This document shows positions 13,377-27,050 of a stretch of 64,000 nucleotides of DNA, in pieces. A program made the position numbers and the translations under genes. Source of the stretch: Octopus bimaculoides. Taxonomy: Eukaryota. The first letter of the stretch is position 1; each line of letters starts with the position of its first letter. Where the stretch lies: NCBI RefSeq assembly GCF_001194135.2, contig NC_068982.1, positions 49,802,630 to 49,866,629 of the forward strand, read 5' to 3'. The notes beneath the pieces were generated by a model. That model made no database searches, was not told the DNA's origin, and was given only the letters and a program-made list of their open reading frames with translations.

Positions 13377-13530
13377 TTCAGATGAATATTCCTCGCACTT
13401 TCCCTTACTTTGTTGCCTCTATTGAACTCATAAAGCAAAATATGGCAAATATGCTCCTTTGTCACTTCAATTATAGTTTTGAAAAACTAACTGTTAAAAT
13501 CGAACTGCACTCTTCAAAACTTGCACTATG
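13376..13530 (-). mobile_element. Mariner transposase N-terminal remnant
   Basis: MTKEHICHILLYEFNRGNKVRESARNI resembles the mariner N-terminal HTH (KEH.RHILLYEF.KG..A.E.ARNI). Truncated by a microsatellite. Confidence 0.75.
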
Positions 13531-16500
13531 AATAAGTACTTGACATACAGGTGATGGTGTGTTAAACATCAAATGTTGAAGTGATTGCAGAACGACATGA
13601 AATTAAGCCTTTTGCTCAGTCCAGGAACTGAAACCACAATCTTGCAATCATGAGTATAACACTCTAACCACTAGTTCATGTACCTTCTACATACTAAGAT
13701 ACCAAGTATATTATCATATACCAGTATATTCGGAAAAGTCATGGAATGCTTTGGCATGCATTGGTAACGTAATTGAAATGGTTAACAACACCAGGGGCTA
13801 AAATTGATTAAAACTAGGTGCAATCAATTATTAAGTGTTAAGTTAATCTGGGTCAACATAACACTGTTATTTTCAGCACTTCTGAATATATAATGTGGAT
13901 GAAACCTTAAATGATTATATGGTGTAATTAGCCTAATGACTACTGTGTTGGATGGCATTATCTCTAATGTTGTGACTATTGTTGTTTAACTCCTGGCCTG
14001 CCCTTAAAAAGCAGGCATATGATCGGGCTGAGACTATCCAGTCATTTTATCTTCAAACATGGCTGTGGTTAAGAAATTTGTTTTGCAACCGCATGCTGTT
14101 CAGTTCAGTCCCAGTGTACCACCTTGGTCAAGTGTCTTCTGCTATAACTCTGGACCGACCAATATCTTGTGAGTGAATCTGGTAGGTGTGACTGTGAGGT
14201 TAAGAAGTTTATTTCCAAATAACGTGATTTCAGGTTCAGTTCCATTGCAATACACTTTGGTTAAGTGTCTTCCCCTATGACTCTGGGGCAACCAAAGCCT
14301 TGTGTGTATATATGTTTGTGTCTCTTTGTCTTGCCATGGCATGTTTGTTGTAGATAAATGTCAATAATTTCCAACGTACTGAAAAAACATGCCCAGTTAT
14401 GATGAAATATTGCCTTGCTTGGAAACAAGTAAAGGTTAACAACAGGAAGGACACCCAGCTGTAGAAAATCTGCTTCAATAAATGCCATCTGATTCTTGCA
14501 AGCATGAAAAAGTGGGCATTCAAACAATGACAACAACAACGACGATGATGATGATAATGACGACGGCGACGAAGACAACAACAACAACGATTGTTACGAT
14601 GAGTCAAATTGAACTTCTTAAAACTGTCAAACTTGAAACCTGACCATTATCTCACTATGGTAATATGTGAGATAACAGAAAAAAATTACCCCTAACGGGA
14701 GCCCAAATCTAGGCATAATGCTGTCAACTTATTCCACTTATATATCGATGTCTTATTAAAGTTAGAACTAATCTTAGAATAGGAAATAACACAACTAATC
14801 ATGCTTCCAAACAAAGCTTTTGTTTTATAAAGCAATGTATAAAAAATCTAAAATCAAAAATTCAAAATGTGGAGGACCATAGTTGTTAGAATTCTGGGCT
14901 TCTGAGGTTCAACTTGTAATTATAATGCAATAAGGATGAAAGACAGTGTTGAATACAATATTCGAACACAGAGGCATGGAATACCAAACTAGATATCATT
15001 AGACGTCTATAAAAGTTCTCCTGCTCTATTGCATTCATCTTCCCCATACAGGAAATGCAAAATTTGGAAAAGAAATAACTATCTTGATAACCAAATAGTA
15101 GAAAAGAGATTAAAGGCATCTCTTCATTTTAAAGAAATATAGATATTACAGTTATAACAATAGGGTATCAGACCACGGAAGTAAATCTGTGGAGTTGAAA
15201 GGAAGATGCACATATACATTCTTTAGATTACAAATTTCAACACCTGACATCAGTCAATAATAGATGACTTCTGACTTCTTTTGGAAATAATGTAGAAAAT
15301 AGTGGAACTACATTTCATTCATCATATATTAATAGAGTCAGAAGATAGCTTAAATGTATGCTATATTTATGCAGCATTTTTGTCTACTTAAATACTGATA
15401 ACAGCTCTCAGTCTTCTGGCTAAGATTTCACAGTGTCTGATAGGAATTGGAAATAAATAACAAAAATAATATTGCAAATCTTCTATTATTTATTCAAATC
15501 AATTTCCTAAACAAATTTTGTAAGTAATGATAGTCTTCTAACTACATTGTGTGTATGTCTTGGGTTAGGGATTAACATAAATTACCAGTTTCTCGCTGAT
15601 ATCAGTTACACTACATTACCATATAGTTTTCCAGACTCTTGTTTGAATAAGAAATTGGTACTCAGTTTTGCTGTTTTAAGAGATCAAACTTCAGCTTATG
15701 AGTCATGAGCCAAACACAGCTCTCAAACCTTTTGGCTCCCAAGATCATATTGGGCTTCAGTACTATTTTTTTTTTTTTTAAACAGATTGAACATTTTGAT
15801 ACCAACCTACATGAAACTGCCCCTGGGTGTATGTTACATAATTTTTTTGTTTTAAATTGATCTAAATTAAAACCTTCCATCAAAATTTCATGTTCATTTA
15901 CGTTTGAAACATCAGATTATTAAAAACAAAGTTAACTTACTAAATTCTTCATTATTATCAAAATTAATTGAAATAAAGACAGTGTGTATCAACAGGAATA
16001 AGGTAACAAAAGAGTTAAAATCCTAGTCACCAGATTTTAACTATTAACAAGAAATTGAAGACTTAACAAAAGCCCTCAACAAGCAGAGATGGATTAATCT
16101 AATTTAATGACTAAAACAATATCATGGTGTATCTTTTTTACTTGTAAATATCATTTTAAAAATATATGTTGCAGCGCTTGAATGTGAAATAAAAAGTATA
16201 TGTGGGGTTTCTTATCAAATAATTTGGCCACCTTTGCTATATTTTATGGCAATATCCCTTTGTAGTTAGCTTAAATGTACCTGTCCACATACAGGGGTGT
16301 GGCAATATTAAGTGTACCAGATACATAACTGAAGTAAAGGTTTATGACTTTGTGCATTTTCTAATAGCAGTCACAGTATTTATTTCTAATTTTACCAAAA
16401 GCACAATGCATAAGACTTCAAAGAACAGCTTGTGGGTGATTTATCTAAAACCCAGCACTTAATGTGGGAAAATCTATAACATAAAACACATAAGTCAGAT

Positions 16501-18198
16501 TCCAAATATAGAATATAAGATATTCTTATGTTAGTGTATTATTTCAAAAATTTTTTTTTAAATATTGCTTTATGAACTTATTATATATAATATTCAGTTT
16601 GAAGGATATCTCCATAAAGAAGCTTAATTCCTCTCCTTCAATAAACAACACAGATATAATAACATTAAATAACAATATTTAAAAAATATATATACCTAGA
16701 TAATATCTGTTCAATGTGATGCAAAGAAATATGCTGACAGCAAATATTAAATCTTTTGTTTTTGTATATATGAACATAATATAATGTTAGCTTAAAACAC
16801 AAATATCGATTGTTTACAAAAAAAACAAAGAGTAAGAAGATATCTAGCATTCCCACCTCCAAAAACTGTAGGGGGAACTGATCCCTAGAAACAATATAGA
16901 TAATTCTTAATGTAAGTGTATTTTAACATGACATTTTAATACTTTCAGCTTGATCAGTAGAGAAAGATCAATAAAACATCATTTAAAATTTCAAAACAAG
17001 TCCCAAATAACTCTTCAAATATGAAGCATGTTCTTTTGGAATAATTTTTTTCCCCACTTTCTACTTCAGTAGTCCCAGTTATTTACACTATCTCTCGAAT
17101 TTCTAACTACAGATAGATGATGGGAAACCAAGGGAGTTTTTATGATAAATACAGTAATTCATTTTTTTTTTTTTTAAACAAAATATGACAGACTTGTTTT
17201 GATAAAAAGTCTCAGAGGAAAAATTGGAAAATAACAAAATGAAATAAGAGAGATTAAACTGATGGTTGTTGGTTGTGCTTGTAAGAAAAATTATCTCCCA
17301 TGGTGATTTTTTTTAATTATATAACATTTATGAATATACAAAAGGATGGATCTGGTGAACAAACAGGAAAAAAAAAATTACAAAAATGAAAAATATAATA
17401 CAAGTAAGAATAAAAGGGCTTTTTTTTCTTTTTGGTCTAGAAATACAAAGACTTCATGTAAATATAAATAAATCCCATTTAGCACCATATGTCAAAAAAT
17501 GAATTTTGGATGAATCTCGATGGGATTAAAAATGCTTATCAATTTGATTATATTATTTGGTTCTATTCCATCTAAATTGAAAGCTTAAGATACATATATT
17601 CATAAATGCAAGAATATGCATATACCCATGCAAAAATATGCATATATATAAGCTTATGTGCAGTGTACGTGAATAACAGAATGTGTTGAAGTAAAACATG
17701 ACTGAATATTGTATAAAAGAGCCACATCTGCATGTATCTAAAAGTACTCAATGTGCAACTGTTCACTCAGATGTTGGGGAGAGATATGACTCTGAGAAAG
17801 TATTCTAATAATTTATTAAAAGATATACAACTCTTTTCTTACCTTATTTCTTTTGAAATATACTACCTATGTTTCAATTAATTTTTAAAATGATGAAGAA
17901 TTTAGTAGAATAATTGTCACTATTAACCTGGTGTTTGGAACATAAATTAACATGGAATTTTTATTGATTGAATGCTCTAATTTTGATCACTTTAAGACAA
18001 AGTTTTTAGTATAGAACCAGGAACAGCCTCAGGGTGATTAACTTTAACGAGCCCCATAGCAAAGCTCTCACTTTGGCATTTTCTAGTTCAAGACAATAAG
18101 ATTGACTACATTCCCCACGATTGTAATTTCAAAATTTTCTAATAAGAGCAAATATTACATCTGCTGGTGTGTGCAAAGTAATATCGAATGAAATAAAC

Positions 18199-18243
18199 CA
18201 TAGGATGCATGTGTTTCGGTATTGTTACACTTCATCAGCTGCG
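18199..18243 (-). ncRNA. Decayed hammerhead ribozyme motif
   Basis: Minus strand: CGCAG-CUGAUGA-AGUGU(AACA)AUACC-GAAAC-ACAUGC-AUC-CUAUG. Several deviations fit CpG-type transitions. Confidence 0.55.
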
Positions 18244-18779
18244 AATACTGAATCAGTCTTTTACAGCCCTGCAAGAACAGCTGTTCTTATAAATAGAAAT
18301 GTATTTATTACAGAGTTTTAACAGACTGAATCAACATTCATGGCTATGGAGCATAACAATGCAGATATGCAGGCAACTGGCAATCAGAGGACAACATTAA
18401 TGACTCAATGATGTTTTTTTCCGCATATATTGTGTATGAGGAGAATTTTCTTCTGAGACAATATCTGCAGTGAGAGATCTTCCTACATCTGAATATCAAC
18501 AAATGCATTAAATATTGTTAGAGAGAGAGAGAGAGAGAGAGAGTGTGTGTGTGTGTGTGTGTGTGTGTACGAATGTGTGTGTGTGTGTGTGTGTGATTTC
18601 ATTAAACATGTTTGCCTAAGTTCAAATGTGGGAAGATCTCTTGTTGTGAAAATAGTATTGGGACAAAATTCTCAGACACAGTATATGTGAAAATGTACCA
18701 GTGGGCTGTTAATGCCATTGGATTGAAAAATGCATGTATATCTGTATCATTACTCTTCATTTGCAACAAATACTGAATC

Positions 18780-18934
18780 AATCTTTCGTCACATATTTGT
18801 GACGCTGTCAGTGACATTTTTTGTTTTCGCGTGTGTTCTTGTGCCACTTACTCCATTCTGTTTAATGGAGTAAGTGGAGCAAGAACACACAAGAAAATGT
18901 CACTGAAGAGGTCACAGATGTGTGACGAAAGATT
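18780..18934. other. 155-nt fold-back inverted repeat with hammerhead-like cores in both arms
   Basis: Arms 18780-18857 and 18864-18934 are reverse complements around a 6-nt loop (ctgttt), with an 8-nt bulge. The right arm has CTGAAGA-G-GTCACA(GATG)TGTGAC-GAAA. Confidence 0.9.
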
Positions 18935-20536
18935 TCCGGACAATGGACATGAGTTAAAATAATAAAATAAAAACTAATAAACGAGTGAAGAAAAATATAC
19001 AGTGCATGTGTTTGTTGGGCAAAAAAAAAAAAAAAGACCATCTCAAAATACAACAATGTCTGTTTCAACATACGATTTCACATGAAGAATCTTGCAATAC
19101 AAATTGATACACACACACACACACACACACATACACATATATTTATAGTTCTTAATGGTATTGTATTCATTGGTTCTTAATTCCAGATGCACAAAATGCT
19201 ACTTACCCATGAGAATAGAATAACTTTGTATTGTTGATAAGCTTCATCTTAATACTAATTGAGGTGGTCTATAATCAAAGGTGTTTTAACACAATCAGTC
19301 TTTGCATAAGATTTTTGGGGAATTTTTTAGCAGTGAATCTGGGATGCTGTTCCTATTTTTCAAACATTAGGGTAAGAGTTGAAGGAGGTTTGGCAGCTAT
19401 TTCTAATGCCTAGCGCAACCATATTATGATCTCTCATTGATGTGGAATTACCTTGGCTACGGCCAGTTGTGAAAAGGATAATATTTAGTTTCCAAATTAA
19501 AAAGACAATGCCTATTTTGTTGCACACATACACAAACACACACAGAGCTAAACCTTCATCACATAATCTTTAAATGATGCATTTCTATGAAAGAGTGTAA
19601 TAATGATGTTAAATATTGTTCAGTTCTACAATTGCCTCTAGATTTTAACTTTGTTCTTATCTCTAAGAACATTTTATTTTGTAAATATTCATTACTTTGT
19701 TTCTTTTCCTGTTTTTTTTTTCTTTCGTTGTTTATTGTTTTTAGTTTTATCTCGATTTATTTTATTTTATTTATTTATACATTTATTTATTTCCAAAATG
19801 GAATACTTATCTCTCTTTTACACAGTAATACTGATTGGAAATATATTTAAATATTTTTCTTTTCTTTTCTTATTTTTTTTTTTCAAAATAAAGAACAAAT
19901 CATAAACAAACAGTTTATCAATAAAAAAGAAAAAGACAAATTTACAAACAAAATGCAAAAAAAAAAGAAAAAAGAAAGAAAGGAAATTAAATTAAAAACA
20001 TGAATCTCATTAGAGGTTTGCGTCTAAACATTACAGTACGTTCACAGTCTTTCAGTTCAAATCAAGTCACTAAAAATGTAATCTTTTCTTTTATTCCTTT
20101 ATTAAACTTTCTACCAATATGAATATTTCTTTTTCTCTTTAAAACATTTTGTTGCAGTGAAGAATGTAAATGATTTTATTTAGTGCCATTATGTTTCGTA
20201 TCATCATTCAATTTCTAAAACCGTGCATGTGTGTGTATGCTTCCATGTATGTCTGTTTGCGACTCGCATTATTTTTGGAAAAAGGAACAAAATAAAAAAA
20301 CCAATGTGTTCACTCATCCTTAGACCATAATGTACAGTTCAGTAAATATGTTTTTTTTTTTCTACTTTTACCCCAATTCTGTCTACATACAAATCGTTAA
20401 ACGATCAAAATTTTACTGATGAGGTAATTTATTTTCTTTAGAGCATTATTAAATGATTTTGCTTTTTATTTTCAATTTATTTATCAAAGTTTACTTCAAA
20501 CTATTTTCAATTATAGTAAAGAATATATTCTATATA

Positions 20537-20581
<45 letters not shown>

Positions 20582-22728
20582 ATGTGTGTGTGTGTGTGTG
20601 TGTAGAACAAAAACAAAACAATCAGATGAAATGGCACCTATTTGGAAAACTCCTTTCCTTATCCCCCTGCCCATCTACGCCTACCATCCAGAGTTGAAGT
20701 GGGAATAAAAAAACAATTAAAATAAACAAGTAATTTAAATAAGGAAATTATTGATGATGTGCCAAATAGTATAAGACAAGGTTAACAGGGAGAAAATAAT
20801 TTGCTAAATGATTTGAAAGAAATGAAAAAAAAAGAAAAAGAAAAAAGATCAATAAAATAATAGGAAGAATATTAAGGCAATGAAACAGAAAAAAAAAATA
20901 CAGAAAAACAAACAGAAAGCAAAAAGTACAAAAAAACCCAAAAATATCACGAGTAAATATTCCGATATAATCATCACAAATGCAAACGATGTTTCGATTA
21001 ATGTGAAAGAAGTTAAAATAATAATGAGAAGAAATAGCAAAAGTCAGAAAGGCTTCTGAAATTATCAAGTTCTGATTATTGTGAATATATCCTCCTCTTC
21101 TTCCTCCTCCTCCTCTTCATCATTATCATTTGGAACATCCACTTTTCCCTTCTTACACAGGTCAGACAGAATTTATTGAGGCAGATTTTGTACAGCCAGA
21201 TAACCTTCCCGTTGCCATCAGCCCTCGATTGTTTGCAAGCATGGTGATGGTGGTATTTCCCCTAAGTCCAGACATGTCTTCGCAGAACACTGGAAATGGA
21301 TGACGTTGCTTGTATGACAGCAATACTCATTTACAACTATCATGCAATAACAAGACAAGGACATAAACAAACACACACATGCAGTTCCAGGAAGTAAAGA
21401 TCTTGATAATAAAGAAAGCAAGACATTACATCTCGTTCAAGAGAGAGGATGAGTGGTGCAACAAGAACAAGCACTGAAGATTTGTAGAATCATCTGGCTC
21501 AGAGCTGCAACATCTGATGCAACAAAGTTTGGTTGCCTACATCAGATGGGCCTGGGCAGCTCTGGTATCATAGGAAAGAAGGTGAAACACTTACAGAGTT
21601 GCTTCACTGCCTGATATGACACTGGCTCCCACATCTTGCTTATTCAGGAACAGCACATAAATTAAAGCTTTTGGGAGGGGACAAAAAAGCACTTTAGCTG
21701 TGAACAATTGTTGATTCTCTTCAAGACATACCACTATTTAATCCTTGTTATCCCTTTCGTATTCAGATTACTCTGCCAAATATAATGCTTTCTTACATTG
21801 TTTTGAATTATTCACACAATATCTTCAAGTTTCAACATTTTGATGATGCAATGGCTTAGTATTTAGAATGACACTGTAGGGTAGGTGAGAGGTGTGAGTG
21901 TATGAGGGGTAGGTATGAGAGGCAGATTCTGGCCAGTTTGAACAAAGGCAGTAAATTACTTCGACTAGATATGGCCAGTTTAAATGCTAAAGGGTTATAC
22001 CAACACACTTGAAACCTCCCCACTTGGTACTGTGGCTCAAATTTCCTATTTAACTCTTTTGGTATCATATTTCTATTGAGATGCTCTGTAACTTAGTTAT
22101 AATTAAGCTAATGATAGGTACATAAATTGTGTCTAAGATTTAGAGGAAGATTTTAATTCAGAACTTTTGAAAACACTACAGAGTCAGAGGTGGTTTCAGC
22201 CTGGTTGGTATCAAAAGGGTTAAATTCATCTAGGCTTAAACCTTCCGTCAAAATTTATGCTAATTTATGTTTCAAACACCATCATACTAACGACAAATTA
22301 TTTTACTAAATTCTTTATTATTTTCAAAATTGATTGAAATAAAGGTGGTGTGTTTGATAGAAAGATGAAAAATGAAAGAAGTCAATTGTATATATATATG
22401 TATATAGTATGAGTGTGAGTGTATTTACATGAGTGTGTGCTACCACAACTTGAGATCATGTGACAGTTGTAAACAAGTGTCACCATCATACAAATGATGC
22501 AGTTCATCTCCAGTCTCTCATAAAATGCATGAATGGCTACAGGATAATATTACCTTACTTAGAAAAAGGTGAAGGTTGGCAACAGGAAGTGCATCCAGCT
22601 GTAGAAAATCTGCCTCAACGAATTCTAAATTCCATCTGACTCATGCAAGCATGGAAAAGTGGATATTGAAATGATGATGATGAATGAAAGGTGATGTGTG
22701 GAGTAAAAATATAATATTGTCTACTTAC

Positions 22729-22843
22729 ATTTTCCTTTTAAAACTGAGGAATTTTCATTATCAAGGGAATCCATAAGATCTAATGTTGACATGTGGTCTT
22801 GTAGATCAGCAGCATTCCCACAAGCACGAGTGAAAGGACGGTC
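22729..22843 (-). CDS. KATNIP: KATNIP internal exon (not in ORF track): DRPFTRACGNAADLQDHMSTLDLMDSLDNENSSVLKGK(C)
   Basis: Acceptor gttattctaag (AAG), donor gtaagt. 115 nt, ends in phase 1; T+GT gives the Cys of K-C-LKLNF. Contains the RPFT motif. Confidence 0.9.
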
Positions 22844-23114
22844 CTTAGAATAACAGGAATAAAAACAAAGAAGACGATTTACAATTATGTTACTGTTTTT
22901 GAATTATTTTTATTGGAATGTAAGATACTAAGTGCTATGTTTGTCCCTCTCTACCATTAAAACAATGTCTCCTACTCCTTTAAAACTGGCCGGATGCTAT
23001 GTACCACAAGCAAATAGAGTAAAATAACATTCTGCATAACATTTATAATTTATATACAAACATTGAATGGGGTTGATAAATATAAGGCTAACTCAAAATG
23101 TTATCAGTGGATAA

Positions 23115-23155
23115 TCAGACACAGGTGTTTCAACTTAATTTGGGCTCTTCAGTGA
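23115..23155 (-). ncRNA. Minimal type I hammerhead ribozyme motif (core intact, stem II degraded)
   Basis: Minus strand: UCA-CUGAAGA-GCCCAAAUUAAGUU-GAAAC-ACCUGU-GUC-UGA. Stem III ACAC/GUGU, stem I 3 bp. Confidence 0.6.
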
Positions 23156-23989
23156 AAAACAAACACATTCAGGCACTCTGAGCTAGGCTAAAATATCTGT
23201 TCTGATATAGAAAGCAGTAAACAAAAGATTTACAGATTTGTGCAAAAGCTGGCCAGACAAAAATTAAATCGATATACATGCTTCAAACAGCATTGAATTA
23301 AAATATCAATATTTATAACATTTACACTGTATACATAAATGTAGAATGATGTTGGCTGCATTATTTTGCCTCAGATCCCTTGAGTCAAATCCAAAAACAG
23401 AGATGCCATTTTTTTTTAATTTTTTTGGTTGATAATCCGTTTAACCACAACAATAACAACAGCAATAGTACACGGTTTTGTAGCACAAGACAGTAATGGA
23501 ACATAATTAAACATAATACATAGTAATATTAAACATGTACTAAAAGTACATCTAACACAGTAAATCCAACATATAATGAATACATTCTGAGGAGTGAAGG
23601 TGACAAGCAACTAAATGACATGAAAATAGGTTGAGAAGGCAATTATTTATGTAAATTCCTATTTTAGTACCCTTAAGAAAAGCTTTCCTACCACATCAAT
23701 TCTATAATAGGAAAGGTAGGAAATCAATCGATATTGCAGCACTGAGATACTTCAAAGAAATTACATTTGATTTTTAGTAACTAAAATCTTCATTCAAAGC
23801 AGTTGTAATAAAAAAAAAAGTCTAGCAAAAAATATTATTTGGTAATTATGATGATGAACCACTAGAGTGTCTCCTTACAAAGCCAAGACTTTCATGAGAC
23901 GAATGATTTTATTTTAATGACACCAAAAGAATGAAGGACTTTTCAATAAAACAAATACCAGTCATGTACTGAAATTGATTTGACTGTCA

Positions 23990-24075
23990 TCAGTTCTTGA
24001 GATATCTTGTCCACGGAGAAACAAACTAACAAACACGATTGAAAACAATACCTCTGCCTTCGCTAAGGCGGAGGT
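23990..24075 (+). mobile_element. Possible Helentron/HINE-like terminal fragment with GC-rich hairpin
   Basis: acctctgcctt-cgct-aaggcggaggt 11-bp stem at 24050-24075, preceded by aaacaaactaacaaacacgattgaaaacaat. Confidence 0.45.
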
Positions 24076-24299
24076 GGTGGTAATAATAATAATAATATAG
24101 AAAGGATTGAGGTAACTCCTCTTTTCTATCAATCCTTTCTATTTTAACCAAAATGAAGTAGATTGACAAATTTATTTTTTGAACCAGTTGAAGACACATG
24201 AGATGTCGAAATATTGTTCACTAGATAACAAATGGCACTCTTCTTTTAATTTTGACTTTAATAATAATAATAATAATGATGATGATGATGATGATGATG

Positions 24300-24620
24300 G
24301 ATGGAAAACAAAAAATTACAATCACTGAAAATTTGAAATTGCAAGAATCTGGAGTATAGAAACTGTGGAGGTTTTGCATCTAATAATTGGTGCATTGGGA
24401 ACTAAGCAAAGATATAGACAAATAATTGAAGGAGAATGGAACAGAGCTTCACCAGAAAGTTTGCCTTGTGGACAGGAAAGAATGTCAGGAAGGTTTTAAG
24501 CACTTGAAAAACTATTGAAAGCTTGTGGTTACCTAAGATTACAGGTAGTAACCTGCCACCCACATAAATTCTACCAGGACTAAGATTGAACTTATGTCAA
24601 ATCAAAATGATAATTGTCAT
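24300..24620 (+). mobile_element. RLE-type non-LTR retrotransposon 3' end remnant
   Basis: Frameshifted EIARIWSIETVEV..IIGALGT and QKVCL....R.VRKVL motifs. Confidence 0.7.
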
Positions 24621-25030
24621 CTTCTTTTACTTGTTTTAATCATTGGAATGTAGCCACGTGGGGCACTGCCTTGAAGGGTTTTAGTCGAATGAATCAACCC
24701 TTGCATTTATTCTATTGCTTTTGTATGCTGAACAACCAAGTTACAGCGATGTAATCAAACTAACACTGGTTGTCAATAGTATTTGGGGACAAACACATAC
24801 ATAAGTGTATGCGTGTGTGTATGTATGAAAATATGTATGTATATATACGTATATACATATCTTCATATATACAACAGGCTTTTGTCAGTTTATGAAGTCC
24901 ACTCACAGGGTTTTGGTTGGCACAGGGCTATAAAAGACACTTGCCCTAGGTGCCACATAGCAGGACTGGACCCAAAACCATGTGGTTTCAAAGCAAACTT
25001 CTTACCACACAGCCATGCCAGTGCCTATTT
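24620..25030 (-). mobile_element. Same SINE family, diverged
   Basis: Tail, microsatellite and head recognisable. Further copies at about 5830-6260, 6857-7277, 9905-10240, 14055-14330, 27110-27405, 40665-41055, 42765-43370, 47318-47420, 49275-49440, 50020-50185 and 55825-55985. Confidence 0.75.
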
Positions 25031-26781
25031 CAACCCCAAGACATTAATAAATAAACATATTATCTTTTATAAAGGAAAAAAAAATCTCCCTTAGACATTG
25101 CAGCAGCAACATTTTTCCATACAATGTCTGGTTTTCACTACTAGACACACATTGATAATTCCTATAATATGTTATGTTGCCTGAGTGTCTTGTTTTCTGA
25201 AATAATACAGTTGTTAGATTTGTTGTCTAATATTATAACCATAAAATATTCTTGGAGAAAAACCATTATATACAACACCTGGATATCCGTTTCTTTTTAT
25301 TTATTTATTTATCTTTTCACAACTTAAAGGGGAACATTTGATAGGTAATGTCTTGTGAAATTATACCTGTCTTGTAAACTTGAGAATTCAAAAGTTCTAT
25401 GTAGTTTCAATGCATAATCTAATAATCATCAATCACTACCAGAGTCACGGAAATTCTTTAACATTTCCATTTACTACTGTACAGTATTATAGCCACAAAG
25501 CAGATGCAACATGGCTGAACAATAAAGCAGCTTGCCCTGCAACCACAAGATTGTGCCTGGCTTGATCCAATAAGCATGGCATCATGTTTAACTCTTTAAC
25601 ATTTAAACAGGCCATATCTGGCCAAAATATTCTACCTGCTTTATGTTTAGACTGGCTGGCTCTGGCCTTTCGCACCTACCCTATAACATCATTCAAAAAG
25701 TTAACAGTGACCTCATAAAAATCTCAAAACTACAAAATAATGCATGATTAATTCAAAACAATGTGAACAAATAAGCAATACATTTGACAAAGTAATCTGA
25801 AAACTAAAGGGTTGAGTATCTTTTACAACTACTCCAAGTTAACCCAAACCTTGTGCAAGTGGATAACTAGAAACTGTGTGGAAGCCTGTGGGTTGGATTG
25901 TACCTGCAGTTCAAAGATGCAGCTATGTCATGCATTGTGTCAAACTGATTCTGCCTAAAAATTATATTTATGATACACACGTTTGTAGAATGATAGCAGA
26001 TTACACTTTAACTCGACTAGCTTGTAATTCAGTTCTTTGTCTTGCAAGTTACTTGGTGACCCTGCCAGTGCTGATTGATGTCATGTAAAAAGCATCCAGT
26101 CCACTCTGTAAAGTGGTTGTTGTTTGGAAGGGCATCCAGCCATAATAACCATGCCAAAACTGATGTCACCTGTGCTCGTGCCACATAAAAAGCACTCAGT
26201 TCAATCTGCTGGGTGGGCGGGTGGTTGGTGTTAGGAAGGACATCCAGTCGTAAAAACCCTGCCAGGGACAAGACTACCCTAGGTTACTGTGTCTGTTTTG
26301 GCAGGGATTTTTTGGGCGGATGCCCTTCCTAACACTAGCCACTCTGGGACCAGCACAAGCAGGGTCACTATGTAACTTGCGAGAAAAGGAATTTTGAGAG
26401 GGCAGGGGCATTTTGTGTCACATGATGATAAGTGCAAGAGAGAGCAGGAGAGAGACGGTGGTGAAGAGCCAGAGAATACTCATGATTAACAAGGATCAGA
26501 GAATAGATGGAATGGAAGAGCAAGGAAGAGAGAGATGAATGGTGGCAATTGCCAGGGCATAATATATGCTGCCAGGTATTGCCAAGAAGGCACGAGTAGG
26601 AGTGGGGATTGCAGTGACTGGTGAAATCCTGGGTATAAAGATGAGGTGGTGGGGGGAAAGCAGCAATACAGTGAGAAGGGCAGTGAAGTGAGAGAAGGGG
26701 AGTAGAAGATAATCATAGTGTATGAATAGGAAATGTGAGGAAGAGAAATCCTAAATGTGAAACAGCAACAACATATGACAA

Positions 26782-27050
26782 ATGAATGCTTTTATGGGGA
26801 CCTGCCAAAAGCTAGTGAAAAGATCAGACAAAGACAGCTGCAAACTATCTGGTCACTCAATGCACCACCCTGAATAGGAAACATCCAAATCAGTCCTTGT
26901 GGAACTCACTTCGTGTTATGTAAGAAGAGGAAAACGTCAACACACTTACATTGACAACTTGATTACAGACACTGGCCTGGAATGTATCCAGGAACTTGAG
27001 GCAGTGATGATGAACCAAGAAGTGTGATGGGTGAACTTTGTTGCTGTGGC
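26782..27050 (+). mobile_element. RTE-like LINE 3' remnant
   Basis: NECFYGDLPKASEKIRQRQL..GH...HPE and TYIDNLITDTGL...EL...MMNQEV motifs. Confidence 0.65.

Noticed and set aside
18780-18934. Functional type III hammerhead using both arms
   Set aside because: Stem III could form (AAUCU/AGAUU), but the bases after the putative cleavage site do not pair with those before CUGAAGA, so stem I is absent.
20748-21068. Hydrophobic 106-aa ORF resembling a membrane protein
   Set aside because: Phe/Leu richness comes from T-rich low-complexity sequence; no recognisable domain or splice structure.
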